Shown here one piece after another: positions 56,739 to 64,000 of a stretch of 64,000 bases of DNA (its first letter is position 1; each line of letters starts with the position of its first letter). The stretch spans positions 41,384 through 105,383 of the forward strand of contig CAZCZZ010000003.1 in the NCBI GenBank assembly GCA_964503335.1. Reading direction: 5' to 3'. Under the pieces are notes generated by a model. It saw only the letters and a list, made by a program, of their open reading frames with translations. It made no database searches and had not been told where the DNA came from. The position numbers and the translations under genes are program-made. The DNA comes from an uncultured Verrucomicrobiota bacterium. Its GTDB lineage: Bacteria; Verrucomicrobiota; Kiritimatiellia; CAIVKH01.

Positions 56739-57461
56739 ATGAATGCCCCCAACGTTTGGCCCAAGACATTTCCTCCGCTTACGGACGAGCAGAAACGCAT
56801 CAGCGACGACTTCATGAAGCACTGGCATGAAGTCCTGCCGAAGAGCTACAGCGCGGCCGACCACTTCAATCACACCTACGCAATACGCAATGCCCCCCGC
56901 ACTTTCCTCAGCACGCTGGAGATCGGCGCCGGCCTTGGCGAACACATCACGTATGAGAACCTGAGCGCCGAGCAGGCGAAGAACTACTATGCGGTCGACA
57001 TACGCGCCAACATGATCGAAGAGCTGAAGCGCCGGCACCCTCATGTCAACGCGACGCTGGCGGATTGCCAGGCGCGGATGCCATTCCCCGACGGACACTT
57101 CGACAGGGTGCTCGCCATCCATGTGCTGGAGCATCTCCCGAACCTGCCCCTTGCGATTCAAGAAGCTTATCGCCTCTGCAGGAAGGACGGCGGGGTCTTT
57201 TCAGTTGTCATACCCTGCGAAGGCGGGCTCGCGTATGGCATCGCGCGCAGGATTTCGGCGCAGAGGATTTTTGAGAAACGCTACAAACAACCCTACAAAT
57301 GGTTCATCGAGCGCGAACATTTGAGCAGGCCGGATGAGATCATTACGGAACTTGAGAAGTACTTTGAGATCACCCACAAGGCGCTGTTCCCTCTGGTGGT
57401 CCCGATCATCACGCTGAACCTCTTCATCGGTTTGACGCTGAAGCCTAAGAAACTCGACTAG
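56739..57461 (+). CDS. Class I SAM-dependent methyltransferase.
   Basis: LEIGAGLGEH SAM motif, VLAIHVLEHLP and KDGGVF. ATG at 56739 (81 codons into the ORF track entry). Confidence 0.7.
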   Translation: MNAPNVWPKTFPPLTDEQKRISDDFMKHWHEVLPKSYSAADHFNHTYAIRNAPRTFLSTLEIGAGLGEHITYENLSAEQAKNYYAVDIRANMIEELKRRHPHVNATLADCQARMPFPDGHFDRVLAIHVLEHLPNLPLAIQEAYRLCRKDGGVFSVVIPCEGGLAYGIARRISAQRIFEKRYKQPYKWFIEREHLSRPDEIITELEKYFEITHKALFPLVVPIITLNLFIGLTLKPKKLD

Positions 57462-58216
57462 AGCTGGATCGGACGTATTCGCGCCGGCAGCAGGAGCCGC
57501 TGTCGCCACTTGATGGCCAGCAGCTCCATGAAGATTCGCAGCGTTCTCGCGAAATTGTAGGTGATTCGGGAATCCTCATCGTGCGTCCAGCGCACCGGCA
57601 CTTCCGCAACACGCAACCCTGACTTCACTGCAAGGACAAGCATCTCGACGTCGAAGATCGCGGTGAACCCCGTCATGGGCCTGAACACCTGCTCCGCGGC
57701 CACAGCCGTCACCGCCTTGAACCCGCATTGCGTATCGGCGATTCCCGTCAAGACCAGCAGCCGGCTGCACAGTCCGAATAGGTCACCAGCCATGCGTCGG
57801 GCACCGCTCTGGGCGGCCTCGATCTTCGCACCACCGATCTTCCGGGAGCCGATCACCACATCAGCCCTTCCCTCCTTCATCAAAGCCCAGAATCGATCCG
57901 CTTCCTCGATGGGTGTCGCGCTGTCGGCGTCCATGAAAATGCGGTACCTGCCCGAGGCCGCGAGCATACCTTCGCGAACCGCAAAGCCCTTCCCCTGATT
58001 CGTTCTGCAGTCGATCACGCGGAGGTACGGCATCGCCTTCGCCTGCCCGCGTGCCCAGTCCCCGGTGCCATCCGTACTGCCGTTGTCAGCCACGATCACT
58101 TCGGCCTGCACACCCCTCTCCGCAAGGTAGGCCTTGATCGAGTCGAGCGTGCCCGGAAGCCGCTGACGCTCGTTAAAGCAGGGTATGACGATCGAGTATT
58201 CGGGAGTATCAGGCAT
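57458..58216 (-). CDS. Family 2 glycosyltransferase, Dpm1/GtrB-like (soluble, no C-terminal TM).
   Basis: YSIVIPCFNE N-terminus, VADNGSTDGT and DADSATP DxD motifs. Confidence 0.75.
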   Translation of the reverse strand: MPDTPEYSIVIPCFNERQRLPGTLDSIKAYLAERGVQAEVIVADNGSTDGTGDWARGQAKAMPYLRVIDCRTNQGKGFAVREGMLAASGRYRIFMDADSATPIEEADRFWALMKEGRADVVIGSRKIGGAKIEAAQSGARRMAGDLFGLCSRLLVLTGIADTQCGFKAVTAVAAEQVFRPMTGFTAIFDVEMLVLAVKSGLRVAEVPVRWTHDEDSRITYNFARTLRIFMELLAIKWRQRLLLPARIRPIQL

Positions 58217-58241
58217 GCAATCCCTCGGGAGGCGATAGCGG

Positions 58242-58823
58242 TCAGGGCCTCGTTGGCGTAGAGGGATGCCAGCGTCGTCGCAGCGCCTCCGTCACGACGT
58301 GCATGAGCATGGCGTGGACAGCTTCCGACTGGCACATATCGTTGAGCGGAACGTTCACGCCGATGTGCGCCATCTTGTGTAAAGCGCCGCCACCGAAACC
58401 TGTGATGCCCGCCAGCACAAGGCCCTGATCAAGGGCGTATTGTGCCGCCCGGATTACGTTGGGACTATTCCCCGAGCCGCTGATAGCAATGAGCACATCG
58501 CCGGGGCGGGAGAACTGGCGCAACTGGAATTCAAAAATGCGATCATAACCCAGGTCATTCGCAATGGCGGTAATGAACGATGTGTTGTCGGTGAGGCTCA
58601 ACACGCGAAAGCGTTTGCGATCCGTGTCCTCCAGGCATCCTTTGCAGAGATCTTCGGCAAAGTGCGATGAGTTCGACGCGCTTCCGCCATTTCCGATCAC
58701 AAAGACAAACCGATCCTCACGATAGGCCTTGTCGAGCGCATCGATCAATTTGACCAGAGGCTCTACCGGTGTCGCCCTCGCCGCGGCGGATATGCCATCG
58801 AGATACTGCCGAATCATTTCCAT
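58242..58823 (-). CDS. gmhA: D-sedoheptulose-7-phosphate isomerase (SIS domain).
   Basis: FVIGNGGSASNSSHFAEDL and AISGSGNSPNV motifs typical of GmhA. ATG at 58823. Confidence 0.8.
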   Translation of the reverse strand: MEMIRQYLDGISAAARATPVEPLVKLIDALDKAYREDRFVFVIGNGGSASNSSHFAEDLCKGCLEDTDRKRFRVLSLTDNTSFITAIANDLGYDRIFEFQLRQFSRPGDVLIAISGSGNSPNVIRAAQYALDQGLVLAGITGFGGGALHKMAHIGVNVPLNDMCQSEAVHAMLMHVVTEALRRRWHPSTPTRP

Positions 58824-59824
58824 TCGTAACCCTCCACATTGAAAATCACCCTGCTGCCGAAACGTTCCAGGAAGAAGGGCATCTCTCGATACTCCGCCAT
58901 GGCCTTGCGCAAGTCCGATTTCCTGTTCCGCGCACAATACGTCATGAGAAATCCGCCGCCGCCCGCGCCGCAGATCTTGCAGCCCAGTGCGCCTCCACTG
59001 GCAGCCTGATCCACCATCGTGTCGATTTCGGGCCTGGAAATGCCTCCAGCGAGGCCCTTCTTCAACTCCCAGCTCCGGCGTAACACCAGGCCGATCGTAT
59101 CCAGGTCACCTCGCCTCACGGCGTCGCGAACTTCGTTGGCCATGGCTTTCAACTGGTCGAGTTCGGCGCGTTTCTCGTCCGACCGCCGAGTTTGTTCCTT
59201 CAGGATCACATCCGCCTGGCGGGTGATGTTCGTATAGAAGAGGAGGAGCCGCGCCCCGAGTTCCTGACGCTTGGCCCCGGTGAGCGGAAGCTCTTCGTTC
59301 GTCACACTTCCATCGGGCAGGAACTGGTAGTACCTCAGGCCGCCATAGGCTGCGATATACTGGTCCTGCTTCCCTATCGGTTTGCCGCAAACCTCAATTT
59401 CGATCTTGCACGCCTCTGCCGCCAATTGCTCCGCCGGTGCCTGCACGCCACGGTAGGTGTAGAAGGCATTCAACAGCCCGACGGTCAGGCTGCTCGATGA
59501 GCCGAGGCCTGATCCTTCGGATGGGATGTCAGCCATGATTGCGATCTCAACACCGCGTTCCACACCCGTCATGCGCATCGATTCCCGCACGAGCGCATGT
59601 TGGATTTCGTCCACGCTGTCGACGATCTCCTTGCTCGAATAGCTGATATAGATCTTCTCGTCGAAGCGCCGGTTCAGGATGACGTAGACATACTTGTCGA
59701 TTGCCGATCCCACGACGGCTCCGCCTGCCTGGTTGTAGTATGCTGCGAGATCCGTGCCGCCGCCCGCCAGGCTGACGCGCAAGGGTGTTTGTGTGATCAA
59801 CATGTCGTTCCCAATCCAGGCCAT
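58814..59824 (-). CDS. GHMP-family sugar kinase, HddA-like (D-glycero-alpha-D-manno-heptose-7-phosphate kinase candidate).
   Basis: PLRVSLAGGGTD N-terminus and GHMP motif PSEGSGLGSSSSLTV. Sits between gmhA and a nucleotidyltransferase. Alternative start at 59803. Confidence 0.65.
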   Translation of the reverse strand: MAWIGNDMLITQTPLRVSLAGGGTDLAAYYNQAGGAVVGSAIDKYVYVILNRRFDEKIYISYSSKEIVDSVDEIQHALVRESMRMTGVERGVEIAIMADIPSEGSGLGSSSSLTVGLLNAFYTYRGVQAPAEQLAAEACKIEIEVCGKPIGKQDQYIAAYGGLRYYQFLPDGSVTNEELPLTGAKRQELGARLLLFYTNITRQADVILKEQTRRSDEKRAELDQLKAMANEVRDAVRRGDLDTIGLVLRRSWELKKGLAGGISRPEIDTMVDQAASGGALGCKICGAGGGGFLMTYCARNRKSDLRKAMAEYREMPFFLERFGSRVIFNVEGYEWK

Positions 59825-60504
59825 TCACGCTGGGCCTTTTCCAGACGCTCCGGCGTGCCGATATCCGTGTAAAATGACCGGATAGGATAGCCAAACATGC
59901 GACCTGCGAGCAAGGGGAGAACATCGAAGCCGAAATCGAGGAAGTCGCGCTGCGGTGTGACATCAAAGAGTCCCTGATTCGCAACGTACAGCCCCCCGTT
60001 CGCCAACCGCCCCTTCGGCTTCGCAGGCTTCTCGACGAAGGAGAGGACGCGACCATCCGCGTCGACCTCCGCGATGCCGCATTGCTCCGGATACTCTGCT
60101 TCGAACAGTCCCATCGTAAAGAAGGCGTCCTTTGCGCGATGAAACCGGATCAAGCCGCCGAGATCCATGTCGGTCAGGTTGTCGGCATAGGCCACGAGGA
60201 AGTCGGGTTCGCCCCTCACAAAATCGCGATTCGCCCAGACTGTGCCCGCGCTTCCAATCAAGGTTTCTTCGTGAAAGAGCGTCACGCGAACGCCCGGAAC
60301 CGGGTCCGCTTTAACGAAAGCGCGAACGGCTTGGGGCAAGTGATGCGTATTGATAAGGACGTCCGTGATTCCCGCGCGCCGCATCAACTCGAGCCAGATC
60401 CCCAACAGAGGTACACCTTTGAACGGAACGAGGCATTTGGGTGTGTGGTCGGTGAGCGGCCGCAGCCGGGAACCCACCCCCGCGGCTAGCAGGTAGGCCT
60501 TCAT
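59797..60504 (-). CDS. Sugar-phosphate nucleotidyltransferase, HddC-like (heptose-1-phosphate guanylyltransferase candidate).
   Basis: MKAYLLAAGVGSRLRPLT nucleotidyltransferase motif. 235 aa. Operon context with gmhA, hddA-like and gmhB. Confidence 0.65.
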   Translation of the reverse strand: MKAYLLAAGVGSRLRPLTDHTPKCLVPFKGVPLLGIWLELMRRAGITDVLINTHHLPQAVRAFVKADPVPGVRVTLFHEETLIGSAGTVWANRDFVRGEPDFLVAYADNLTDMDLGGLIRFHRAKDAFFTMGLFEAEYPEQCGIAEVDADGRVLSFVEKPAKPKGRLANGGLYVANQGLFDVTPQRDFLDFGFDVLPLLAGRMFGYPIRSFYTDIGTPERLEKAQREWPGLGTTC

Positions 60505-61613
60505 GGCGATCCGACGCTGCGCACCACGTTCAGGGCCTTCATGCGCTGTTCGGCATAGGCCAGGATGTCTTCCACGTCCGTTTGCGCACGCAGGTACTCC
60601 GCGTATTCCCGGACGCTATCGACCGGAGTCCGCGTCGGTTTCCAGCCCAGCGACTCCAGCGCTGAAATGTCAGAAACAATATGCCGCGTGTCACCAAAGC
60701 GGTAGGCACCGGGCAGGCTGGGCTCGCCCTTCCGCTCAAAAACCTCCATGACGATGCGAGCGAACTCCATGACGGTCCATGGCTTGCCACCGCCCACGTT
60801 GAAAGCCCGATAGTCAGCTCGATCGTCCTCGAGCACTCGCAGATTCGCGTCCACGACATCATGAATGTTCACGAAGTCGCGGATCTGTCGTCCGTCTTCA
60901 TAGACGACAGGGAGGCGGTCGAAAAAGCAGCTCAAGCTGAAGATGCGGCACGCACCCGAGTAGGCATTGTAGAAGGACTGTCGCGGCCCCTGAACAATCG
61001 AATAGCGCATGGCCACGCTGGGGATGCTGTACCGACGACCGATGTTCAGCGTGATCAACTCCTGACTGACCTTGCTAAGCCCGTACTGGTTCTGAGGGTT
61101 GCTCACGGACTCGGGCGTCGGTTGCCATTGGGCAGGAAGCCCCGTCTCATCGCATATCTCCCACTTCCCCTCGCGCAATTGCCGCTCGCTGCGAATATTC
61201 GGGGTGAAATACCCACCGTTCGCGCCGCGATACAGTCCCTCTCCAGCCACGGCCTGTGAAGATGCCACGATCACTTTGCGTATCGGCAGCTTGTCCTCAA
61301 CAATCAGCTCGTAAAGCAGCGCCGTACCCACCGCATTGACGTGAAAGAACGTGCTGAAGTCCGGGAGGTAATCCTGGTATGCGGCGAAATTGTACACGGC
61401 ATCGACACCGTGCAGCATCCGGCGCAGCGTGTCCTTGTCGCGAATGTCCCCCTCAACGAACTCGACATCTTTCGGCAGGTAGGTGGGCTTGCCCTTTAAG
61501 TGGACGGGCTTCTGCAGGCAATCGAGGATGCGAACCGCGTGACCGCGGCGCATGAGCGCGTCTGTGGTGTGCGATCCGATGAAGCCGGCTCCGCCTATAA
61601 CAAGTACCTTCAC
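60501..61613 (-). CDS. NAD-dependent epimerase/dehydratase (SDR family). Candidate nucleotide-heptose modifying enzyme.
   Basis: VLVIGGAGFIGSH Rossmann motif and YGLSK YxxxK motif. 370 aa. Confidence 0.7.
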   Translation of the reverse strand: MKVLVIGGAGFIGSHTTDALMRRGHAVRILDCLQKPVHLKGKPTYLPKDVEFVEGDIRDKDTLRRMLHGVDAVYNFAAYQDYLPDFSTFFHVNAVGTALLYELIVEDKLPIRKVIVASSQAVAGEGLYRGANGGYFTPNIRSERQLREGKWEICDETGLPAQWQPTPESVSNPQNQYGLSKVSQELITLNIGRRYSIPSVAMRYSIVQGPRQSFYNAYSGACRIFSLSCFFDRLPVVYEDGRQIRDFVNIHDVVDANLRVLEDDRADYRAFNVGGGKPWTVMEFARIVMEVFERKGEPSLPGAYRFGDTRHIVSDISALESLGWKPTRTPVDSVREYAEYLRAQTDVEDILAYAEQRMKALNVVRSVGSP

Positions 61614-61624
61614 GAGTCACTCCT

Positions 61625-62149
61625 CTAAAGTTGCCGCCGAAGTAGTTCGGGTAGATCGTCCATCGATTCAATCCGGAATTCAGCTGTACTTTCCGGATGC
61701 CCAGTATTCACCAGAACAGTCCTGCAGCCCGCGCGTTTCCCCGCCAGCACATCGGTTTCATGGTCGCCGATCATCCACGACTTCGACAAGTCGAGGTGAT
61801 GCTTCTGGGCGGCTTTGAGGATCATGCCGGGATTTGGCTTGCGATCCGGGTGATCCTTTTCGTCCACGGTGCAGGAGTAGATATCGAGGAGGAGCAGGTC
61901 GTGACGCGCCAGCTCCGCGAGCAGGTTGCTGTGGATCAGGTCCAGCGTCGCCATTGTCATGATTCCACGGCCGACGCCGCGCTGGTTGGTAATGATCGCC
62001 GCGGCATAGCCCTTCTCGTTGGCGACGCGGAGCGACTCCAGGAACGCGGGGATGAGGTGGAAGTCTTCCCAACGTTCCACATAGCCCGGACCGGGTGAAA
62101 CATTGACGATTCCGTCGCGATCAAAAAAGACACACGGCCTCTTGTGCAT
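61625..62149 (-). CDS. gmhB: D-glycero-D-manno-heptose-1,7-bisphosphate 7-phosphatase (HAD-IIIA).
   Basis: VFFDRDGIVN HAD motif I, ITNQ motif II and MIGD motif. 174 aa. Confidence 0.75.
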   Translation of the reverse strand: MHKRPCVFFDRDGIVNVSPGPGYVERWEDFHLIPAFLESLRVANEKGYAAAIITNQRGVGRGIMTMATLDLIHSNLLAELARHDLLLLDIYSCTVDEKDHPDRKPNPGMILKAAQKHHLDLSKSWMIGDHETDVLAGKRAGCRTVLVNTGHPESTAEFRIESMDDLPELLRRQL

Positions 62150-62166
62150 GGCAATACGCCGCCGGA

Positions 62167-62766
62167 CTAGGGAGGACCACCCGCGGTTGTCGAAGCCGCG
62201 TCATTGAGTTTCCGGTATTTCCAGAATCGACCTACGCCGACAGTAGCGCCGATCCAGAAGCCCTTGTCGGTCAAGGTATAGGTCCCGTCGCTCTGCGTGT
62301 AACCCATGTCATGCTTCGCACTCCCGTCTTCCTTCGTCTTCGCGGCGAGACCGATGCCGCCCCCGCAACCCCATCCCGAATCGAGGAACTGCTGCATGCT
62401 CTCCACGGTATTGAAGATGATCAGGTTCCGGTACACTTGGAAACCAAGGGCCAATCCGATGTCGAATTCAAACATCTTCATGTACGTGCTCTTGCCGGTC
62501 TTGTTGTTCACGACCACGCCGTAACCCTTGCGCGTGCTGATGTTGAGCGATAGTTGTCGCGACCGGAACACCGCGTAGCCCGGTGCCTTCGCGATGAGCT
62601 TCTCCAGCTCCGGATTGTCGCGCTTGATCGAGACCAGCGTGTTGTTCCGCATCGAATCCACAAATGCCCGCTTGGCTTCCGGCGTCCCCCCCTTCGGCGC
62701 CATACACCCCGTTGTAAGACTCACGAGCGCCACGACCATCACCAGCGAACGAATGACCTTCTTCAT
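62167..62766 (-). CDS. Lipoprotein, possibly SYLF/DUF500 (Ysc84-like lipid-binding) domain.
   Basis: Lipobox LTTGC. Gly-rich core IGLALGFQVY...GWGCGGGIGLAAK resembles SYLF domain proteins. Tentative. Confidence 0.4.
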   Translation of the reverse strand: MKKVIRSLVMVVALVSLTTGCMAPKGGTPEAKRAFVDSMRNNTLVSIKRDNPELEKLIAKAPGYAVFRSRQLSLNISTRKGYGVVVNNKTGKSTYMKMFEFDIGLALGFQVYRNLIIFNTVESMQQFLDSGWGCGGGIGLAAKTKEDGSAKHDMGYTQSDGTYTLTDKGFWIGATVGVGRFWKYRKLNDAASTTAGGPP

Positions 62767-62908
62767 GCCCCTCCATCTACCACAGATACTCCCACGTGGG
62801 AACTCCCTCGTGCGTCAATCTCAAATTGGAAATCCAAAATCCAAAATCTCACACGCCCCTTGACTCCGCCGCCGCTTCACGGTGAGCTATCGCATTTCCT
62901 CAAGGGGC

Positions 62909-63616
62909 ATGAAAACAAGCATCGTCATACCGCTGTACAACGAAGCCGGCAATGTCGCGCCGCTCGCGCAGGAACTGTCTGCCGTGCTTCCGCAGCTCGG
63001 CGAGGCCGAGGCCATCCTGGTGGACGATGGAAGCCGCGACACAACTTGGGCCGAGATCGAAAAGGCGGCGCAAAAGCATCCTGGCATCCGCGGCATCCGG
63101 TGCGAGCAGAACGGCGGACAATCCTCCGCCATGCTGATCGGCCTGCGCGCCGCCACAGGCGATGTGCTTGTGACCATGGACGGCGACCTGCAGAACAATC
63201 CGGCCGATATCCCGAAAGTCGTCGCCCTCCTCGACCACGTGGATGTCGCCTGCGGCTACCGCGCAAAGCGACGCGATACCTGGTCACGCCGCGTGGCCTC
63301 GCGGATCGGCAACGGCATCCGCAACGTGGTCACAAACGACGGCCTCCGCGACACGGGCTGCAGCCTCAAGGCCTTTCATCGGAAATGCCTCGACGATCTC
63401 CCCTCGCTGAACGGAACCCACCGCTTCATGGGTGCCTACTTCCGCCTGAACGGACGCAGCATCGAGCAGATCGCCGTCGACCACCGCGCGCGGACGCACG
63501 GCGTCTCCAAATACACCAACCTCAAACGCCTCCCCCGCACCGCCTTCGACCTCATCGGCTTCCTCTGGTACCGCAGCCGCGTCCTGAAGCCGATCAAGAC
63601 CACCACGACGCGCTGA
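62909..63616 (+). CDS. Family 2 glycosyltransferase, polyprenol-phosphate glycosyltransferase type (GtrB/Dpm1-like).
   Basis: TSIVIPLYNEAGNV N-terminus, LVDDGSRD and DGDLQNNP motifs. The ORF track starts at 62882. Confidence 0.75.
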   Translation: MKTSIVIPLYNEAGNVAPLAQELSAVLPQLGEAEAILVDDGSRDTTWAEIEKAAQKHPGIRGIRCEQNGGQSSAMLIGLRAATGDVLVTMDGDLQNNPADIPKVVALLDHVDVACGYRAKRRDTWSRRVASRIGNGIRNVVTNDGLRDTGCSLKAFHRKCLDDLPSLNGTHRFMGAYFRLNGRSIEQIAVDHRARTHGVSKYTNLKRLPRTAFDLIGFLWYRSRVLKPIKTTTTR

Positions 63617-63639
63617 TCCCGGTTCGCGCACTCGCAAGT

Positions 63640-63690
63640 TCTTCCAACCATTGGAAGTCTCGCTGGGAGAAGTTCCAAGGATTGGAAATC
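63640..63690. promoter_or_regulatory. Second pair of TTCCAA-N3-TTGGAA palindromes (TTCCAACCATTGGAA and TTCCAAGGATTGGAA), centres 32 bp apart, ~130 bp upstream of the ATG at 63817.
   Basis: Read directly from the sequence. Same motif, spacing and orientation as at 26825-26875. Confidence 0.6.
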
Positions 63691-63816
63691 GATCTCCTCC
63701 TTCCGCCATGACAACTCTTTGACATCGGCGATACCGGATGCTGACACCTCGCGCAGCGCTTCGGCGCAGGATCACACCAACAAGACCACACATGGTGTGT
63801 GGAATGGGAGATCATC

Positions 63817-64000
63817 ATGAAGAGCATATCGCAAGTAAGTCTGTCCGCACTCGTCGTTGTTGCAACAACCCTGAGTGCACAGGCCAGAGACGAAGCCAAG
63901 TGGCGGCCCGCCGTCGACCCGAAGCCGCTCACGGAGCAGGTGAACAAAGGCCTCGCCTGGATCATCGAGCACCAGAACGGTGATGGCGGCTGGAACCAGG
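63817..64000 (+). CDS. Secreted prenyltransferase/squalene-oxidase-repeat protein (partial; continues past the window end). Paralog of 92..1282.
   Basis: MKSISQVSLSALVVVATTLSAQA signal peptide, then GLAWIIEHQNGDGGWNQ. Compare GVKWLLAKQSEGGYWSN in the first gene. Confidence 0.5.
   Translation, partial: MKSISQVSLSALVVVATTLSAQARDEAKWRPAVDPKPLTEQVNKGLAWIIEHQNGDGGWNQ

Noticed and set aside
56652-57161. N-terminal 170 codons of the ORF-track entry 54594..57161
   Set aside because: This extension overlaps the divergent methyltransferase gene (56739..57461) on the other strand and has no TM helices or similarity. The GT-C protein more plausibly starts at 56651, 56633 or 56585.
1-64000. Mobile elements, integrases, tRNA or rRNA genes
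   Set aside because: No transposase or integrase-like ORFs, no terminal inverted repeats bounding a gene set, and no tRNA-like T-loop/acceptor patterns were seen in any intergenic region. The island character of 46-63 kb rests only on gene content, not on mobility signatures.

Overview
This is a 64 kb high-GC bacterial window. It has a canonical FtsZ/FtsA division cluster alongside many secreted prenyltransferase-repeat, DUF1680/GH127-like, DUF2961 and parallel beta-helix proteins. From that mix I infer a Verrucomicrobia-like origin rather than Planctomycetes. The window contains 53 supportable CDS and no rRNA, tRNA, CRISPR array, transposase or integrase that I could recognise.

Layout by region:
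- 1-8.2 kb: a secreted prenyltransferase/squalene-oxidase-repeat protein, a GH127-like (DUF1680) protein, a TAT metallophosphoesterase, two tandem VanZ-like membrane paralogs, and malQ.
- 8.2-20.5 kb: a division/cell-wall operon on the minus strand (murG-murC-ddl-ftsQ-ftsA-ftsZ). Upstream of murG sit two unusual tail-anchored coiled-coil proteins and a LysM-TPR lipoprotein. A class I amidotransferase, kdsB, a stand-alone heptose-7-phosphate kinase (HldE domain I-like) and a DUF3108 protein follow.
- 20.5-26.5 kb: holA, an HExxH peptidase-like protein, a methyltransferase, a TAT FAD-linked oxidase, a SnoaL-like protein, a small membrane protein and an RraB-like protein.
- 26.5-27.3 kb: a 750-bp non-coding region packed with two kinds of palindromic repeats.
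- 27.3-33 kb: phoH-ybeY-recO, a membrane protein, and glgX.
- 33-46 kb: a YfhO-like GT-C membrane protein, a DUF2961/GH172-like lipoprotein, a methyltransferase, and a 2317-aa secreted LamG-plus-4x(beta-helix/PKD-like) giant protein with a near-perfect internal duplication.
- 46.2-63.6 kb: a ~17 kb glycosylation island. It holds four Dpm1/GtrB-like GT2 genes, two ArnT/PMT-like GT-C genes, three methyltransferases, an SGNH hydrolase, two SDR epimerases and a complete GDP-heptose-type operon (gmhB-SDR-hddC-like-hddA-like-gmhA).
- 63.8-64 kb: a second prenyltransferase-repeat gene begins at the window end, preceded by the same paired operator motif found at 26.8 kb.

The most interesting candidates are the heptose-based polyprenol-phosphate/GT-C glycosylation island next to the giant adhesin, the paired TTCCAA-N3-TTGGAA operators at two loci, the 21-bp periodic GAACAG..CTGTTC array upstream of phoH, and the non-canonical proteins sitting in the division cluster.
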